This document shows, piece after piece, positions 49,956-59,035 of a DNA stretch of 64,000 bases. The stretch covers positions 1,760,001 through 1,824,000 of the forward strand of contig OZ250172.1 of assembly GCA_965237905.1 (NCBI GenBank), given 5' to 3'. The stretch comes from Nitrospinaceae bacterium (GTDB taxonomy: Bacteria; Nitrospinota; Nitrospinia; Nitrospinales; Nitrospinaceae). The notes under the pieces were generated by a model that did no database searches, was not told the DNA's origin, and worked only from the letters and a program-made list of their open reading frames with translations. The translations under genes and the position numbers were made by a program. The number at the start of each line of letters is the position of its first letter. Within the stretch, counting starts at the first letter, position 1.

Positions 49956-50019
49956 GCCCACTCCAAAGTCGAACTATAGATACTTCTTCATTCTAGAAGT
50001 GGAATCAGCAATTGTAAAG

Positions 50020-50037
50020 CCAGGGTGACGCTGGACC
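50020..50037. repeat. CCAGCGTGACGCTGGACC family copy (one mismatch)
   Basis: CCAGGGTGACGCTGGACC in intergenic DNA. Confidence 0.65.
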
Positions 50038-50130
50038 TGAATTCTGAATTGTGCAGGGTGAGCATCGAGAGCCGTCATCGGTCAACCTGCTCCCCCTCCG
50101 GGCAGGAGCGGCGCGATTGAAGCGTAATCT

Positions 50131-50550
50131 TCATTCTCCCGATAGGTGTAGAACCACCTGCCGGCGATGGGGAGCCGTCCGGTGCTCGAACAGGTAGATA
50201 TCCTGCCAGGTACCGAGGGTGAGACTCCCGTTGACCAGCGGTACGCAAATCTGCGTCTGGGTGAGGGCCGAACGGATGTGCGCTGGCATGTCATCGTCCC
50301 CTTCTGCGGAGTGCCGGTATTGCGGGTCACCGTCCGGCACCATCCGATTCAAAAACGCGTTCAGATCGGTCAGCACATCCGGGTCAGCATTCTCCTGAAT
50401 CACCAGCGAAGCCGAAGTGTGCCGGATGAACACCGTGAGCAGTCCCGTGGTCATCCCCTGCGCGTGCGCCCAGGAGACGATAGCATCATTGATGTTGTGC
50501 AGTCCCCGCGCCTTGGTTTTGATTGATATCTCGTGCGTCGCCTGTTTCAT
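50131..50550 (-). CDS. yjbQ: YjbQ family protein (UPF0047)
   Basis: HTSASLVIQENADPDV, EGDDDMPAHIRS, LGTWQ. Confidence 0.93.
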   Translation of the reverse strand: MKQATHEISIKTKARGLHNINDAIVSWAHAQGMTTGLLTVFIRHTSASLVIQENADPDVLTDLNAFLNRMVPDGDPQYRHSAEGDDDMPAHIRSALTQTQICVPLVNGSLTLGTWQDIYLFEHRTAPHRRQVVLHLSGE

Positions 50551-50740
50551 ACCTCACCCTTTGCGAAATTTATCCGATCATATATAGGAACGCGGACAAA
50601 ATCCAGCCATCCTCCGTAAAAAAGGTGGATAAATCCGGGAGGAAGGCCGAATTTAATATTACCTCTCTCATTCGGATTTGGTTTAGCATAGAGGTATGGG
50701 CATTGAGCTAATAGAGTACCGTTTTTTCTCGGGGTGATGT

Positions 50741-52165
50741 ATGAAAACAACCGTTTATCAGGAAAAAAGTTTTCGCGAAAACGTCAATCTCGTATTTGAT
50801 ATCGCGGCCGCCACCCTTGAAATCAACGATGGCTTGGCATACGTCCTTAAAGGAGCCTACAACGTTTACCAGGTTCGCTTCCCCGTCAAAATCAACGGCA
50901 AGGTCGAAAGTTTTATCGGCTGGCGCGCTGTCCACAGCGAGCATAAGCTCCCCACCAAAGGCGGCATTCGTTATTCTCCCCTGGTGACCCAGGATGAAGT
51001 GGAAGCCTTGGCCGCGCTCATGTCCTACAAATGCGCGTTGGTCGACGTCCCGTTCGGCGGAGCCAAGGGTGGGTTGGTGGTCGATCCCAAGAAATATGAC
51101 GATGCCGTCATGGAGCGCGTCACCCGGCGTTTTGCCTTTGAGTTGATCAAAAAAGATTACATCAATCCCGCCACCAGCGTGCCCGCGCCGGACATGGGCA
51201 CCGGTCCCCGCGAAATGGCCTGGATCGCCGACACTTACATGCAGCACCGCTCGGAAGACATCAACGGTCTCGGCTGTGTCACTGGTAAGCCCGTCAGCCT
51301 GGGGGGCATTCCCGGACGCACCGAAGCGACCGGGCGCGGTGTGGTTTATGGCATCCGCGAATTCTTCCGTCACCCGGAAGATACAAAGAAAGCCGGTTTC
51401 GAAGGCACGCTCGAAGGCAAAACTGTGATCATCCAGGGACTGGGCAACGTCGGCTACCACACTGCCAAAATTCTCGAATCTGAAGACGGCGCAAAAATCA
51501 TCGGCGTCATCGAACACGACGGCGCGTTGATGGACCGCAACGGCCTCAGCGTGGAAGAAGTAAACACCTATAATAAGAAACACGGCGGAGTGAAAGGCTA
51601 TCCCGACGCTCAGTATTTTGAGAATGGCGACGCGATTCTGGAAGAAGAATGCGATCTTCTGATACCGGCGGCGATGGAAGGGGTTATCCATATGGAAAAC
51701 GCCCCGCGTATCAAAGCGAAACTGATCGCCGAGGCAGCCAACGGACCCGTCACTTTCGGCGCCGACGCCATTTTAAGGCAAAAGGGTGTGGTGATGATTC
51801 CCGATATCTATCTCAACGCGGGCGGGGTGATCGTCTCGTATTTCGAATGGATCAAGAATCTGTCGCACATCCGCTTCGGCCGTCTTACCCGCCGCCATGA
51901 GGTCAGCCAGAACGATCTTCTGCTCAAGGCCATCGAATCCAACGGCCATAAAATCCCGACTGAACTTGCCGAGAAACTGTGTCATGGCCCGAACGAGTTG
52001 GATCTGGTCCGCTCCGGCCTGGACGACACCATGCGGACGGCCTTCCAGCAGATCCGCGACCGTTACTGGTCCCACGACAAAATTGAGTCCTACCGCATCG
52101 CCGCCATGGCCATCGCCATTGAAAAAATCGCCCTCAGCTTCCAGGAACGCGGCGTGTATCCTTAA
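50741..52165 (+). CDS. gdhA: Glutamate dehydrogenase (Glu/Leu/Phe/Val family) with antenna-like C-terminal insert
   Basis: KGGIRY, PFGGAKGG, VPAPDMGT, QGLGNVG, EAANGP, NAGGVIVSYFEW. Confidence 0.93.
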   Translation: MKTTVYQEKSFRENVNLVFDIAAATLEINDGLAYVLKGAYNVYQVRFPVKINGKVESFIGWRAVHSEHKLPTKGGIRYSPLVTQDEVEALAALMSYKCALVDVPFGGAKGGLVVDPKKYDDAVMERVTRRFAFELIKKDYINPATSVPAPDMGTGPREMAWIADTYMQHRSEDINGLGCVTGKPVSLGGIPGRTEATGRGVVYGIREFFRHPEDTKKAGFEGTLEGKTVIIQGLGNVGYHTAKILESEDGAKIIGVIEHDGALMDRNGLSVEEVNTYNKKHGGVKGYPDAQYFENGDAILEEECDLLIPAAMEGVIHMENAPRIKAKLIAEAANGPVTFGADAILRQKGVVMIPDIYLNAGGVIVSYFEWIKNLSHIRFGRLTRRHEVSQNDLLLKAIESNGHKIPTELAEKLCHGPNELDLVRSGLDDTMRTAFQQIRDRYWSHDKIESYRIAAMAIAIEKIALSFQERGVYP

Positions 52166-52268
52166 GCCTTGGGTAAGCACCATTTTCCTCCCCTCCAAAA
52201 AGCTTCAAGGCCCGGCTCAATAGTGATATAGTAACGTCAGAAACCCTTGTCCTATCCTCGAGTCGATC

Positions 52269-53363
52269 ATGTCCAGCCCAACCGGAAAAACATCGCAATA
52301 TGAAGCCAGCGGCGTCAGCCAGAGCGGCGCGGAATCCGCGCTGGACGGCATACTCAAACACATTCTGCCGACCCGCAAGTTCAGTGAACGCTATCCACTG
52401 AAAGCCGATATCGGTTACTTCGCCAACGTCATCGACCTGGGCAACGGCGAGGGCATCGCCTTCTGCACCGACGGCGTGGGCACCAAGGTGATCGTCGCGG
52501 AGTTGATGAACCAGTACGACACCCTTGGCATCGACTGCATCGCGATGAACGTCAATGATCTCATCTGCGTCGGCGCGCGGCCGGTGAGTATGGTGGACTA
52601 CATCGGCTGTTCGCACACCGACCCGAAAGTGTTCGAGGAATTGGGACGCGGCCTCGCCGAAGGGGCGAAACAGGCGCAGATCAGCATTTCCGGCGGGGAG
52701 ATTTCGCAGGTGAAAGAAATCATCAACGGCATCGATCTCATCGGCGCCGCCATCGGCCATGTGAAACTCGATCAAATCAATACCGGACAGAATATAAAAC
52801 CCGGCAACTTGATCCTGGGACTCGCCGCCAGTGGGGTGCATTCCAACGGCTTGACCCTGGCGCGTAAAGTTCTATTGGGCGAAACGTTGGAGGAGCAAAA
52901 GGAAAAGATTAACCAATATGAAGAATCGCTGGGCCGTACGCTCGGCGCGGAATTGCTGGAGCCGACAAAAATTTACGTCCAGCCGGTAATGAAAATGCTG
53001 GAGGCAGGCATCGATATCCGTGCCATGATTCACATCACAGGCGGCGGACTCACCAACCTCACCCGCGTGCAAACCAACAATATCCGTTTTGTGATCGACC
53101 CCCTACCTGACCTGCTACCCGTGTACGAGTTGATTCAGGAAGCGGGCGGGATCAGCGATGCGGAGATGTACGAAGTGTTCAACATGGGCACCGGCTTCTG
53201 CGTGATCGTCGACCACGCCAACGACGCCGATCAAGTTCACTCCATCTGCAAAGAATATGGCATCTCCTGCCACGGCATCGGCCAGGTGGAACCCTGGACC
53301 GGTAAAGAAGTGTTCATCCCCTCCAAAAACCTCAAAAGCTCCGGTTCGGGGTTTATCTCATAA
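52269..53363 (+). CDS. purM: Phosphoribosylformylglycinamidine cyclo-ligase
   Basis: TDGVGTK, AMNVND, SGVHSNG, LLEPTKIY, HITGGG, FNMGTG. Confidence 0.96.
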   Translation: MSSPTGKTSQYEASGVSQSGAESALDGILKHILPTRKFSERYPLKADIGYFANVIDLGNGEGIAFCTDGVGTKVIVAELMNQYDTLGIDCIAMNVNDLICVGARPVSMVDYIGCSHTDPKVFEELGRGLAEGAKQAQISISGGEISQVKEIINGIDLIGAAIGHVKLDQINTGQNIKPGNLILGLAASGVHSNGLTLARKVLLGETLEEQKEKINQYEESLGRTLGAELLEPTKIYVQPVMKMLEAGIDIRAMIHITGGGLTNLTRVQTNNIRFVIDPLPDLLPVYELIQEAGGISDAEMYEVFNMGTGFCVIVDHANDADQVHSICKEYGISCHGIGQVEPWTGKEVFIPSKNLKSSGSGFIS

Positions 53364-53446
53364 ATATTTTATTGCCCTGAATCCATCGAAGGATAACAGG
53401 GACGGCTCGTTCCGGCTTTGAAGGCCCTTATGAATTTTGGGGTCGA

Positions 53447-54667
53447 TCATTCGGGGTGAATGTCGGTGAATTCTGGAGGTTCCGTCGGGTTACTTCTTCT
53501 TTCTTTATTTTTTTCTGGAAGCATAATGATAAACGAGGTGCCTTTGCCAGGTTGGCTGACCACGTGAATGGATCCACCATGACGATCCACGATTTTTTTG
53601 CAGATGGCGAGTCCCATACCCGTGCCTTCAAATTGAGTGCCGCTACTGGTTCTTTCAAAGGGATGAAAGACCAGGTTGATCTGGTGGTCCTCAATGCCGA
53701 TGCCGTTGTCCTTGACTATGATTTCCCAGAACCCGTCACGCAACGGGCGGCTGGTGATCTCCACTACCGGTGAGACGCCTTTCTGATGATATTTGAGGGC
53801 GTTGCTGATCAAGTTTTGAACCATCTGTCGCATCTGTGTGGGGTCCGCTTCCAACGTTGGTAATTTTTTGTCGATTTTCAATTGGGCCTTCGAATGGGTG
53901 ATCCGGGCTTCCAGATCATCAATCACTTCCAGAGTCAGTGTGTGCAGGTTCACGGGCTGGAATGACTGGGCACTGGAAGAAACGCTGGCCAGTTTTAACA
54001 GAGCCTCAATAAAGCCCTGCATTCGACGTGCAGATTTTCGCAGGCGATCCAGGTAATCCCGGTTTTTGGTTTCCTCTTTAGGAACATGTTCTTCCAGCCG
54101 GTCGCCGAACATTACGATCTTGCGTAAAGGTTCCTGCAGATCATGCGAGGCGACGGCGGCAAAATCCATCAGCTCCTGGTTGCTTCGTTTTAACTCCTGG
54201 GTTCTTTCCTCGACCCGTTCTTCCAGACGGATGCTGTAGTTTCGCAACTGGCGGTTGGAGATGCTTAACAATTCGCGTTCGTGGTCCAGATCTTCACGGA
54301 GCCGTTCGGTGTGTTTCAACTCGAGCTGCAATTTTTCGGACAAGGTGCCGATCAGCCATGCCGCCAGGATCAGAAATCCTCCCCATACTGTAAGATTGAG
54401 GTTGGCCTGGAAGGAACTGCTGACGGTGTAATATTCCTTTTGGTCCGCCAGGATGAATATCCAGACGATAAGGATGGCAAAAAACGCACCCAGGACGGCA
54501 AACCGCTTGCCGATGTAGTATCCCGCCAGCACGATCAGAAGGTAAAAGAAATCCAGAAAGGCGATTTTGGTGTAGACAAAGTAATTGACGAAAATCGCTC
54601 CCGCCAATATGGAAAGGACAATGGCATCTTGGCCATGTTTCAGTAGATATTTTTTCAGAGAGTCCAC
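53447..54667 (-). CDS. Membrane histidine kinase (phytochrome-type HisKA) with 4-TM input module
   Basis: FAAVASHDLQEPLRKI, QNLISNALKY, DNGIG, GTGMGLAIC. Confidence 0.93.
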   Translation of the reverse strand: MDSLKKYLLKHGQDAIVLSILAGAIFVNYFVYTKIAFLDFFYLLIVLAGYYIGKRFAVLGAFFAILIVWIFILADQKEYYTVSSSFQANLNLTVWGGFLILAAWLIGTLSEKLQLELKHTERLREDLDHERELLSISNRQLRNYSIRLEERVEERTQELKRSNQELMDFAAVASHDLQEPLRKIVMFGDRLEEHVPKEETKNRDYLDRLRKSARRMQGFIEALLKLASVSSSAQSFQPVNLHTLTLEVIDDLEARITHSKAQLKIDKKLPTLEADPTQMRQMVQNLISNALKYHQKGVSPVVEITSRPLRDGFWEIIVKDNGIGIEDHQINLVFHPFERTSSGTQFEGTGMGLAICKKIVDRHGGSIHVVSQPGKGTSFIIMLPEKNKERRSNPTEPPEFTDIHPE

Positions 54668-54889
54668 TTGATTACATTAGAATTGATTGTAAAAAATAGT
54701 ATAAGGTATAAGTCCCTAATAAGAATGACTTTTCAGGGTTTTTCAGGAATATATTGAATCAGCTTATACCTTAATTTGGGAGAGGGAATTGAAAGGAATT
54801 GAAAAATCAGCTTTTAGGGGGAAACTGGACGAGGAAGAGGGTGGCTCTTGTTATGGGCGTGGTTGGATCAGGGCCTGAGAGGATCCACT

Positions 54890-55360
54890 TCAGGTTCTTA
54901 AGACGCGCTTTAACTCTTCTTCCAATTGGAGGTTACGTTCATTCAAGCGTTGGTAGGATAATTCCAGTTCCTTGCGGAGCCGGTTGCTTTCTTCCAGCTC
55001 ATGCTTTCTCTTTTCCGATAGAGTACCGACCAGCCAGGCGGCCAAAATCAAAAACCCTCCCCACACGGTTAGATCCAGATGGGTATTCAATGGGTTGTCG
55101 GGCTCGAGATAAGGGTTTTCGTTCACCAATACAAAAGCCCAAACCATGATGATGGCAAAAAAAGCTCCTAGAATGGCCAGCCGCTTGCCCACGTAGTAAC
55201 CGCCCAGCACGATCAAAAGATAGAACACATCCAGGAAAGCGACTTTGGAATAGATGAAGTAATGAATTGCCGCCGCACTGAGTAACGTGAGGAGGATGAT
55301 AATATCTTCCCAGTGTTTTTCTGTGTGATTTTCAGATTCATCCGGGATGGGATTCGGCAT
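54890..55360 (-). CDS. Stand-alone 4-TM input module plus coiled coil
   Basis: Aligns with the N-termini of 46364-48394 and 53447-54667; no output domain. Confidence 0.8.
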   Translation of the reverse strand: MPNPIPDESENHTEKHWEDIIILLTLLSAAAIHYFIYSKVAFLDVFYLLIVLGGYYVGKRLAILGAFFAIIMVWAFVLVNENPYLEPDNPLNTHLDLTVWGGFLILAAWLVGTLSEKRKHELEESNRLRKELELSYQRLNERNLQLEEELKRVLRT

Positions 55361-55480
55361 ATTCAGTCCACAATTAAAATTGATACGCTTTTTATTATTA
55401 TAAGCCAGCGCTTAAATTTTCTATAACATTTTTTGTAGGTCTTTGTTTCAAAAAAATTCGGTTCGGAAGAGAGAACAATT

Positions 55481-56839
55481 TTATTCAGTAGGAAAAAACT
55501 TGGCGAGGAAGACAATCGCCACGGCTACGGGGGCGATATATCGCACGACGAATTCCCAGTAGGCCGCCCAGTGGAATGTGGTTTCGTGTCGCTCGATTTC
55601 TTTGTGAGCTTCTTTGGTGCCCCACACCCAGCCGACAAAAATGGCGGTTAGCATTCCGCCTATGGGAAGCAGATAATTGGAAGCGAGATTGTCAACGTTG
55701 TCGAAGAAGTTCATGCCAAACAGTTTAAAATCCTTAAGCAGACCGGCCGACAATCCAGAGGGAATACCAATCACAAAAATCACCAGTCCCATTGTGAGGA
55801 CGGATTTTTTGCGCCCCCAACCTTTCTGGTCAATAAAATAAGCCACCACCACTTCCAGCAGGGAAATGGCCGAGGTCAACGCGGCAATGGCCAACAACGC
55901 GAAAAATATGATGGACACCACCCATCCGAAAGGCATGCCGGTGAACACAGCCGGGAGCACGCTGAACACCAGGCCGGGACCTTCGGTCGGTTCCAGCCCC
56001 ATGGCGAACACGGCGGGGAAGATCACCAGGCCCACCAACAGGGCGATCAGGGTATCGAATAAAACCACGTAGAGGGTCGCGGAAGTCAGGTTCTCTTTGG
56101 CGGGCAGGTAGCTTCCGTAAGTGATCATGGCACCCATGCCGAGACTGAGCGAGAAAAACGCCTGGCCCATTGCCAGCAAAACCGCATGGCCGCTCAGTTT
56201 GCTGAAGTCGGGATACAGGTAAAATTTGAGTCCTTCCATGGCACCGTCCAGCGTCAACGCCCGAATCATGAGAATCACCAGCATCACCACCAGTGTCGGC
56301 ATCAGAATATCGCAGGCTTTTTCGATACCGCCATGCACACCTTTGATGACAATGGCAATGGTTAACCCCATGAACACTGCATGGTAGAACATCACCTCAC
56401 CGGTGTTGGCGATGAAGCCTGCGAAGAATTTTCCCGCCTCGGCGGGGTCGGTGAACTGGTCCAGCGAATGCGTCAGGGCTTTGACCATGTAAGCGATCGT
56501 CCATCCCCCGACCACCCCGTAAAAAGACAGAATCAGGAAGCCCGCGAGCACTCCCATAAATCCGATCCCCACCCAGGGTGTGCTGGGCTTGAGTTGTCGG
56601 AAAGCGCCAACGGGATTGAGGCTGGTTTTGCGTCCAACGGTAAACTCGGCCAGCATGATGGGCAAGCCCACCACGGCGATGCAGATCAGATAAACCAGAA
56701 CAAACGCGCCACCGCCGTTTTGTCCGGTGATGTAGGGAAATCTCCAGATGTTGCCCAGGCCGACGGCGGAACCGGATGCGGCCATAATGAAACCCATTCG
56801 GGTGGCCCAGAGTCCTCGTTTGTGGTTCGGTTCAGTCAT
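55481..56839 (-). CDS. Sodium-dependent transporter, SNF/NSS family
   Basis: GSAVGLGNIWRFPY, GGGAF, QAFFSLSLG, GPGLVF. Confidence 0.95.
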   Translation of the reverse strand: MTEPNHKRGLWATRMGFIMAASGSAVGLGNIWRFPYITGQNGGGAFVLVYLICIAVVGLPIMLAEFTVGRKTSLNPVGAFRQLKPSTPWVGIGFMGVLAGFLILSFYGVVGGWTIAYMVKALTHSLDQFTDPAEAGKFFAGFIANTGEVMFYHAVFMGLTIAIVIKGVHGGIEKACDILMPTLVVMLVILMIRALTLDGAMEGLKFYLYPDFSKLSGHAVLLAMGQAFFSLSLGMGAMITYGSYLPAKENLTSATLYVVLFDTLIALLVGLVIFPAVFAMGLEPTEGPGLVFSVLPAVFTGMPFGWVVSIIFFALLAIAALTSAISLLEVVVAYFIDQKGWGRKKSVLTMGLVIFVIGIPSGLSAGLLKDFKLFGMNFFDNVDNLASNYLLPIGGMLTAIFVGWVWGTKEAHKEIERHETTFHWAAYWEFVVRYIAPVAVAIVFLAKFFPTE

Positions 56840-56907
56840 GGAGATTTAGTATACCGGCCTACGCGATTGGGGGCAAGATATTGAAAGATAGGTTATTCAG
56901 TGGGCAA

Positions 56908-57021
56908 CCAGCGTGACGCTCGCCAGGCAACGCCCGGAGGAAATTTTATAGGGTGTCAGGGCCAAATTGAAGGGTGACTTTCGCCAGTAGAGGTTTTAAA
57001 TTACCTGCGGAGGTACTCCGC
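56908..57021. repeat. REP-like palindromes upstream of uvrC
   Basis: CCAGCGTGACGCTCG 56908-56922 and GCGGAGGTACTCCGC 57007-57021. Confidence 0.65.
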
Positions 57022-57077
57022 TATAATCAAAACAGCCGAATGATTCATAGGCAGGAACTGCCGGAGGAAAAGTTGAC

Positions 57078-58910
57078 GTGAACCCGAAAGACCGTCTGAA
57101 AGAAATTCTCGAGCCCATACCCAAACTTCCCGGAATATATATCATGAAAGACGGGAAGGGGGAAATGCTTTATATCGGGAAGGCCAAGTCGCTGTTCCAT
57201 CGCGTGCGGTCGTATTTTTCCGATGCGGCGGACCAGGCCCCGCGCACGCGCATCTTCGTGCGTAAGGTAAAGGACATCAAGTTCCTCACCACGAAGACCG
57301 AGCAGGAAGCGCTCATCCTCGAAAGCAATTTCATCAAGAAGCACCAGCCGCGCTACAACGTCCTGTTGAAGGACGACAAGCATTATCCCTACATCCGCAT
57401 GACGACGCAGGAAACGTTTCCCCGCCTCGAAGTGGTGCGGCGCGTCAAAAAAGACGGCGCCACTTATTTTGGTCCGTACACCATGGTGCGGGAGGTGCGC
57501 GATACCATCCGCCTCATCTACAAAATTTTTCCGCTGAGACAGAGCAACGACGAACTGGACGGTAATCCCAAGCGCCGTCCCTGCCTCAATTACCAGATGA
57601 AGCGTTGTCTCGCACCGTGCGCCGGGCTGGTGTCGCCGGAGGACTACGCCAAGGTGGTCAACGATGTGGTGCTGTTTCTGAAAGGCAAGAACACCGAGCT
57701 GGTGAAGAGTCTGAAAGAAAAAATGAATGAGGCTTCCACCCATCAGCGTTACGAGGAAGCGGCGGTGTACCGCGACAAGGTTGAAGCGATCAAAACCGTG
57801 GTCGACAAACAGAAAATTATTTCCACGTCGCAGATCGATCAGGACGTCATCGCCTGTACCAGCGACCGCGGTTGGTCGATGGTGCAACTGCTCGCGGTGC
57901 GGGGCGGCAAGATGATCGCCGAGAAAATCTACAAGATGAAAAACCTCAATCAGGAAGACGACAGCGAAACGCTGGCGTCGTTCCTCAAGCAGTATTACGC
58001 CGACGAGCTGGCTCTGCCGTCGGAGATTCTCTTGTCTCATGTCATTGAAGATGCGGAATTGATCGAACAGTGGTTGACCGAAAAAAAGCAAGGCAAGGTG
58101 CATCTCGAAGTACCGCAGAAGGGTAAGAAGCGCGATCTCGTTAAAATGGCGGAGGAGAATGCGCGATTCGCCATGCGCACTGAGTTGGACAAGGAAGACG
58201 TGGCGACCCGGAGCCTGGAAGAACTGCAGGAAACGTTATCGCTCAAAAATTTTCCGCGCGTGATCGAAGGCTTCGATATCTCCAACATTTCCGGCACCAA
58301 CGCGGTGGGCTCGATGGTAGTTTTCGAGAATGCTAAATCTGCAAAGGAAAAATACCGCCGTTTCAAAATCAAGACGGTGGCGGGTATTGATGATTACGCG
58401 ATGATCACCGAAGTGATGATCCGCCGCTACGCCCGCCTGCTCGACGAAGGCAAGCCGTTACCCGATTTAATTTTGATCGACGGCGGCAAGGGGCATCTCA
58501 ATACCGGATATAAGGCGCTGGAGAGTCTGGAACTGGAAGGGCGGATCGATCTCGCCTGCATCGCCAAGGGCAAGTTTCGGAGCAATCTCGAAACCGACGA
58601 AGTCTTCCTGGCAGGGAAGAAAGACCCGGTGTGGTTCAAAGAGAATTCGCCGTCGCGGTTTCTGCTTCAGCGCGTGCGCGACGAGGCGCACCGGTTTGCC
58701 ATCGACTACCACCGCAAACTGAGAGGCAAGGGATCGCTGTCCTCCCCGCTGGAAGGCATCCCCGGCATCGGCAAAAAACGCCGGCTCATGCTGCTGAAAG
58801 AATTCGGCAGTATCGAGAACATCAAAAACGCCACACTGGAAGAATTGCAGAAACTCCCCGGCATTACAAAATCTATAGCAGAGAAAGTTATTAAATCAAT
58901 AAGCGTTTGA
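57078..58910 (+). CDS. uvrC: Excinuclease ABC subunit C
   Basis: YIGKAKSL GIY-YIG, FDISN, DDYAMI, IDGGKG, RDEAHRFA, HhH GIGKKR. Confidence 0.97.
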   Translation: MNPKDRLKEILEPIPKLPGIYIMKDGKGEMLYIGKAKSLFHRVRSYFSDAADQAPRTRIFVRKVKDIKFLTTKTEQEALILESNFIKKHQPRYNVLLKDDKHYPYIRMTTQETFPRLEVVRRVKKDGATYFGPYTMVREVRDTIRLIYKIFPLRQSNDELDGNPKRRPCLNYQMKRCLAPCAGLVSPEDYAKVVNDVVLFLKGKNTELVKSLKEKMNEASTHQRYEEAAVYRDKVEAIKTVVDKQKIISTSQIDQDVIACTSDRGWSMVQLLAVRGGKMIAEKIYKMKNLNQEDDSETLASFLKQYYADELALPSEILLSHVIEDAELIEQWLTEKKQGKVHLEVPQKGKKRDLVKMAEENARFAMRTELDKEDVATRSLEELQETLSLKNFPRVIEGFDISNISGTNAVGSMVVFENAKSAKEKYRRFKIKTVAGIDDYAMITEVMIRRYARLLDEGKPLPDLILIDGGKGHLNTGYKALESLELEGRIDLACIAKGKFRSNLETDEVFLAGKKDPVWFKENSPSRFLLQRVRDEAHRFAIDYHRKLRGKGSLSSPLEGIPGIGKKRRLMLLKEFGSIENIKNATLEELQKLPGITKSIAEKVIKSISV

Positions 58911-59035
58911 ATTTAAAGGATTTAATAATGTTTAGCCCTATTTGACATTTTAATCTGGAAAGAAAATATTTGCAGGAGTATAAAGATAGGCAGTCCAAAT
59001 TATTCCCCGTATCCAATTTAATTAGGTGAACTCAA

